From Promethearchaeota archaeon (GTDB taxonomy: Archaea > Asgardarchaeota > Lokiarchaeia > Sigyniarchaeales > SOKP01): DNA of 64,000 nt. The position numbers and the translations under genes were made by a program. Below the pieces are notes generated by a model. The model saw only the letters and a program-made list of their open reading frames with translations. It ran no database searches and was not told the origin of the DNA. Of the stretch, positions 59,754-64,000 are shown in pieces; the first letter of the stretch is position 1; the number at the start of each line of letters is the position of its first letter. The DNA is taken from positions 1 through 64,000 of the forward strand of contig JAEOTZ010000050.1 of the NCBI GenBank assembly GCA_016839585.1, in the 5' to 3' direction.

Positions 59754-60734
59754 ATGTTCATTAATGAAATTAATATAAAATTAGTTGTTTTTGGAGATGG
59801 TGGTGTTGGTAAGACTTCTATTATAAACTCTTATTTAAATAAAGGTTTCCCAGAAAGATATATTCCTACAATAGGAAGTAATATTTCTAGAAAAGAATAT
59901 AAATTGAAGGATTATTTTATTCGTATGAATATATTTGATATTGGTGGCCAACGTGCTTTTAATCCGCTAAACCCAGTATATTTTAACAATGTTGATGTAG
60001 CCCTATTAGTTTTTGATTTATCTAAGACAAAAGAAACACTTATAGAACTGCAAAAAACATATTTAAAGAAATTAACAGAGTCTTCTGAAGATTGCTTAAC
60101 TTATTTAATTGGAAATAAATTAGATTTAATATCAACAGAAGATGATTTAAAGGAAATTTCTGATCGATTTAGTATTAAAGAAATCCCATTAATTCTTATT
60201 TCTGCTAAAACGCAACATAAAGTCCAAGATCTTTTTGAATTATCAGTTTTTAATTTTTTGCAAGATTGGGATAATAAAATTGAAGATACTGATAGTAGAC
60301 TTTCAGAAGAATTTTTGGGATTTATCAGAAAAAGTGAGAATGATCTAAATGATTTATTTACAAATTTAACAAATATTGATTTACATGCTCTTAAAAAGAA
60401 ATCAACTACAAAGATCACAAAAAAAGTCTCAATTTCATCAGAAAGTGAAATTGAATTACCTGAATCTCTTGAGAAAATTAAAGATACTCAAAATCAAATT
60501 CCCAAATTCGATGAAATTAAAGAGAATATTATAAATGCTTATAGCAATAATTTAACAGCAATTAAAGATATAATTATAAATTTAAAGAACACTCCAATAG
60601 CTTTACTCAACGAGATAATTGATAAAACATCCAAAGATTTAAATTATTTCAAAGAGGATTTTGAGTTAAAGCTGCAATCAATATTAAAACTAGAAAAAGA
60701 GAAAAAAACAAAACACAATCAAAAGATTAATTAA
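59754..60734 (+). CDS. Rab/Ras-like small GTPase with a C-terminal helical extension
   Basis: GDGGVGKTS, PTIG, FDIGGQ, GNKLD, ISAK. Confidence 0.88.
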   Translation: MFINEINIKLVVFGDGGVGKTSIINSYLNKGFPERYIPTIGSNISRKEYKLKDYFIRMNIFDIGGQRAFNPLNPVYFNNVDVALLVFDLSKTKETLIELQKTYLKKLTESSEDCLTYLIGNKLDLISTEDDLKEISDRFSIKEIPLILISAKTQHKVQDLFELSVFNFLQDWDNKIEDTDSRLSEEFLGFIRKSENDLNDLFTNLTNIDLHALKKKSTTKITKKVSISSESEIELPESLEKIKDTQNQIPKFDEIKENIINAYSNNLTAIKDIIINLKNTPIALLNEIIDKTSKDLNYFKEDFELKLQSILKLEKEKKTKHNQKIN

Positions 60735-60757
60735 AAAAAGAGAAATGGTGAATAAGA

Positions 60758-61318
60758 TTGCCTAAAAAAGAGGTTATCAAGGAAATAACTCCAAAGTTAA
60801 TTCAGAAATTAGTAGACCAAGTAAATAAACTTGAAGAGAATATTGAATTAATCAATAACGAACTTAAAGAAAATGTTGAATTAATTAATGAAAATATTAG
60901 AAAAATAAAAGAGGAGATTACAATATATAAAGAACAAACTGAAGAAACGATTAGAACTCAAGAAGATATCATAATCAGTATGGTACATAAATTTAATGAC
61001 CAATTTTTATTAGAAAAAAACAAAATCATATCTGACTTAGAAGCAGTTAAAACTCAATTTGATGTAATGAAAATCTCTTTCACTGTTAACGAAAATCAAC
61101 TTTTAGAGAAACTAAGAACTATGATAAGGGGAGAGTTAAAAAATGTAATTACTGGTAAAGAAGATGAAATATTAATGAAATTATGGATTGATGAATTAAA
61201 ACAAATAATTTTGAATTTTGAAAATTTGAAAAAGGTTCATCCTAAAGAATTTAATTTACAAATTGAAGAGATTTCTAACACTATTGAAGTTTTCAAGCAA
61301 AAACTTCAAGGTTCTTAA
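60758..61318 (+). CDS. Coiled-coil hypothetical protein
   Basis: TTG 7 nt after GGTG; ENIELINNELKENVELINENI internal repeat. Confidence 0.65.
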   Translation: MPKKEVIKEITPKLIQKLVDQVNKLEENIELINNELKENVELINENIRKIKEEITIYKEQTEETIRTQEDIIISMVHKFNDQFLLEKNKIISDLEAVKTQFDVMKISFTVNENQLLEKLRTMIRGELKNVITGKEDEILMKLWIDELKQIILNFENLKKVHPKEFNLQIEEISNTIEVFKQKLQGS

Positions 61319-61353
61319 GTGAATCAAATAATGAAGAAAGATAAAATAATATG

Positions 61354-62496
61354 TTAATTTCGCAATTTAGGAGGAGGGACGTAGACTTTACGCATTCCTT
61401 CCAATAAAGATATGGCATTTTCAGGGCAGAAGTGAGCACAAACTCCACATCCTATACACCATTCTGCATTTCTCTCAGCTTTGTTATCATCATTTAATTC
61501 GATTGCATTAACAGGACATTTATTTATACAAATGCTACATCCAGTGCATAATTTTTCATCTATATATGATAAATAATTAGTCGAATTTATCATAGAGATG
61601 GCTCCTTTTCTCCACATCTCAAAAGTTGCACAACAACATTCACAACAATTACATATACTTGTTTCATCCCTTTCAATGTCTTCATGAGGATGAAAAGCTT
61701 TATGAACTAAACCAGCTTTTTCAGACTCTTTTATAATTTTTAGTGCTTCATCTTTAGATATCATTCTAGCAAATCCATGGTCACTTGTATAGCGCGCAGA
61801 TTTGCCAAAAGTAAAACAATTTTCTCTTATATTTGTTGTTTTACAAGGATTTCCTAATATATCTTTGTGATGCCGACAAAAACAATGACCCACTGCAATA
61901 TCTTCAAATTTATTTATAAGTTCTTCAACTTTTTGTGTAGGTAATACTTTTTCTTCTGGTATACTTATCTCTTTATTAATTAAAATCTTAAGTTCTTCAC
62001 CTGTTGTTGTTTTATCTAATATAGGTACAGTTCTATCAATTGGAGGGAAATTTTGATATATTGGAACTATATTATCATAATTTTTTTGAACAAAATTCCT
62101 TAACTCATCGAATAATTTAGCAAATAGCATAGCTAATTTTTCATTTTCTTCAGAAATTTCGAGTTTTTTCATAAAAGTATATTCAAATACTCCAACCATA
62201 AATAACGGCATTAATCTATATACCATTACTTCTTTTGAACTGGGTTGATTGAATATAAACCCTTTTTTAGTTAATTTTTTCACATGCATTTCTATCTCGT
62301 TTTCTGACATTTTACTACTTAATTTTAATTGCTCCATAGTTTGAGAAGACTTTTTTCTAAATGCCATTACAAAAGGTAAATGTTCTTCATCAATTAATAG
62401 CTTCAATAATTCAATCATAGTATCATTTATGGGAAATGGAATCAAACCAGCTTTAACAATGGTTCGTGCAGCTTTTCTATATTTTTCATCAGACAT
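61354..62496 (-). CDS. 4Fe-4S dicluster protein with N-terminal wHTH-like and Cys-rich middle domain
   Basis: CFCR, GLVH..ICNCCECCC, CTGCSICINKCP, CIGCGVCAHFCP. Confidence 0.8.
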   Translation of the reverse strand: MSDEKYRKAARTIVKAGLIPFPINDTMIELLKLLIDEEHLPFVMAFRKKSSQTMEQLKLSSKMSENEIEMHVKKLTKKGFIFNQPSSKEVMVYRLMPLFMVGVFEYTFMKKLEISEENEKLAMLFAKLFDELRNFVQKNYDNIVPIYQNFPPIDRTVPILDKTTTGEELKILINKEISIPEEKVLPTQKVEELINKFEDIAVGHCFCRHHKDILGNPCKTTNIRENCFTFGKSARYTSDHGFARMISKDEALKIIKESEKAGLVHKAFHPHEDIERDETSICNCCECCCATFEMWRKGAISMINSTNYLSYIDEKLCTGCSICINKCPVNAIELNDDNKAERNAEWCIGCGVCAHFCPENAISLLEGMRKVYVPPPKLRN

Positions 62497-62732
62497 TTTT
62501 ATCCCCTAAAAATAATTAATCAATATTATATTAATTGAAAAATAGAGTGAATTATGATCTTAATAGTCTTTCGATTAAGTTTTCGGATTTTTTCACCAAT
62601 TAATAATTACTTATAAAAATTGATAATAATCATTGGTTAATAATTAAAATTAAAATTATTTGGTAATCTAAATAAATCAAACTGATAAATAAATTAATGT
62701 ATAATTAGATTTCTTAAATGTGTTGAATATTT

Positions 62733-64000
62733 ATGGTTAATTGCTTAATTATTGGCCATGGTGCTAGAGAGCATGTAATTGGGGAATCTTTAGTACGTGG
62801 AGGTGCGACTTTATATTCTTTTATGAGTTTTAAAAATGCAGGTTTAGAAGATTTAAGTAAAGATATAAAAATTCATTCTGAAACAGATTTCAAAGAAATT
62901 GTTGAGTTCTGCAAAAATAAAAACATTGATTTTGTTGTTATAGGACCAGAAGCTCCTTTATGTGTTGGGATTGTCGATGCTATAGAAAAGAACAATATTC
63001 CATGTGTTGGTCCACGAATTGAAGCTGCGCAATTAGAAGGATCAAAAGTATTTACACGATTTTTACTTGAAAAATATAAAATTCCCTCTAATGTAAAAAG
63101 TAAGATGTTTGACTCGTTGAATGGTATAGAAAATTACGTTAAAGATATAGGAGAAGAACATATTGTTATAAAACCAGAAGGTTTAACTGGGGGAAAAGGA
63201 GTAAAGGTTTACGGAGATCACCTCTTTTCGAAAAAAGAAATTTTGGAGTATTGTCAAGAATTAATAAATAAGAGAAGTAGATTTCTTATAGAAGAGAAAT
63301 GCGATGGAGAAGAGTTTACATTACAAACTTTTGTAGATGGTAAAAATGTAGTAGGTTCACCTTTAGTTCAAGACCATAAGAGGGCATATAATGGTGATAA
63401 GGGCCCAAATACAGGAGGTATGGGCTCATATAGTATGGAAGATCATCTATTGCCATTTATTACTCAAGAAGATGTTAAAATGGCATTAGATGATATGAAA
63501 AAAACCGTAGCAGCTGTGAAAGCTGAAACAGGTGTGGAATATAAAGGATTTCTCTATGGACAATTTATGAAAACAGCAAAGGGGCTGAAAATGATTGAAT
63601 ATAATGCAAGATGGGGAGACCCTGAGGCAATGAATGTCCTACCGTTGCTTGAAGCTAATTTTGTGGATATATGTTGGAAGATTATTGATGGAAATTTATC
63701 AGGAAATATTCGTTATGAAAAAAATGCAACTGTGTGTAAATATCTAGCACCTGAAGGATATCCAGTATCTCCAAAAAAAGATCAAATTGTAAAAATTAAC
63801 AAGGAAAAACTAAATGATGTTGGCGCGAAATATTATTATGCTTCTGTATATCGGGAAGGAAATTATATTTATACGACGACATCAAGAGCAATGGGAGTCC
63901 TAGGGATTGCTAACACACTTGAAGAAGCAGAAAAAATTGCCGAACGCGGTGTTAGTTGTATTGAAGGCAAACTATTTCATAGAAAAGACGTGGGAACATT
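62733..64000 (+). CDS. purD: Phosphoribosylamine-glycine ligase (partial, runs off the window)
   Basis: MVNCLIIGHGAREH, VIGPEAPL, LEGSK, GLTGGKGV, QDHKRAY.GDKGPNTGGMG, EYNARWGDPE; missing from the ORF track because no stop is in the window. Confidence 0.95.
   Translation, partial: MVNCLIIGHGAREHVIGESLVRGGATLYSFMSFKNAGLEDLSKDIKIHSETDFKEIVEFCKNKNIDFVVIGPEAPLCVGIVDAIEKNNIPCVGPRIEAAQLEGSKVFTRFLLEKYKIPSNVKSKMFDSLNGIENYVKDIGEEHIVIKPEGLTGGKGVKVYGDHLFSKKEILEYCQELINKRSRFLIEEKCDGEEFTLQTFVDGKNVVGSPLVQDHKRAYNGDKGPNTGGMGSYSMEDHLLPFITQEDVKMALDDMKKTVAAVKAETGVEYKGFLYGQFMKTAKGLKMIEYNARWGDPEAMNVLPLLEANFVDICWKIIDGNLSGNIRYEKNATVCKYLAPEGYPVSPKKDQIVKINKEKLNDVGAKYYYASVYREGNYIYTTTSRAMGVLGIANTLEEAEKIAERGVSCIEGKLFHRKDVGT

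Noticed and set aside
431-60418. Short antisense or overlapping ORFs in the track (e.g. 431-670, 7413-7613, 20231-20575, 33078-33362, 54579-54884, 60101-60418)
   Set aside because: They lie within well-supported genes and show no motifs; shadow ORFs.
1-64000. tRNA, rRNA, IS elements, integrases
   Set aside because: No GC-rich cloverleaf or rRNA-like segments and no transposase or recombinase motifs were seen.

Overview
AT-rich archaeal chromosomal segment, very probably Asgard (Lokiarchaeia-like). This rests on a Roadblock protein, two small GTPases (one longin-fused), C4HC3 RING proteins, Loki-CTERM-type anchors and GGTG(A) Shine-Dalgarno motifs. No rRNA, tRNA, CRISPR or transposase was seen. 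The centrepiece is a ~10 kb minus-strand cluster tusA-dsrE-dsrF-dsrH-dsrE2-hdrC-hdrB-hdrA-mvhD-[MvhG-like fused to an apparent cysteine-less hydrogenase large-subunit remnant]-[FrhB with an inserted GltD-like NAD(H) module and a wHTH]-tusA. It is a candidate hydrogenase-free, NADH-linked Hdr complex coupled to a persulfide relay, and it lies divergent from an Lrp gene with ATCAC boxes phased at 31-32 bp. Other notable signals: at least three conserved genes that appear to start at non-canonical codons (ACG, ATA, ATC), each 7 nt after GGTG; a divergent RtcB-like protein; an Ssl1/Rpn10-like VWA with tandem RING/PHD fingers; a split Pls-like membrane beta-helix pair; two genes flanked by partial duplications of their neighbours; and several interrupted genes. 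All family assignments come from motif recognition by eye, not database searches.
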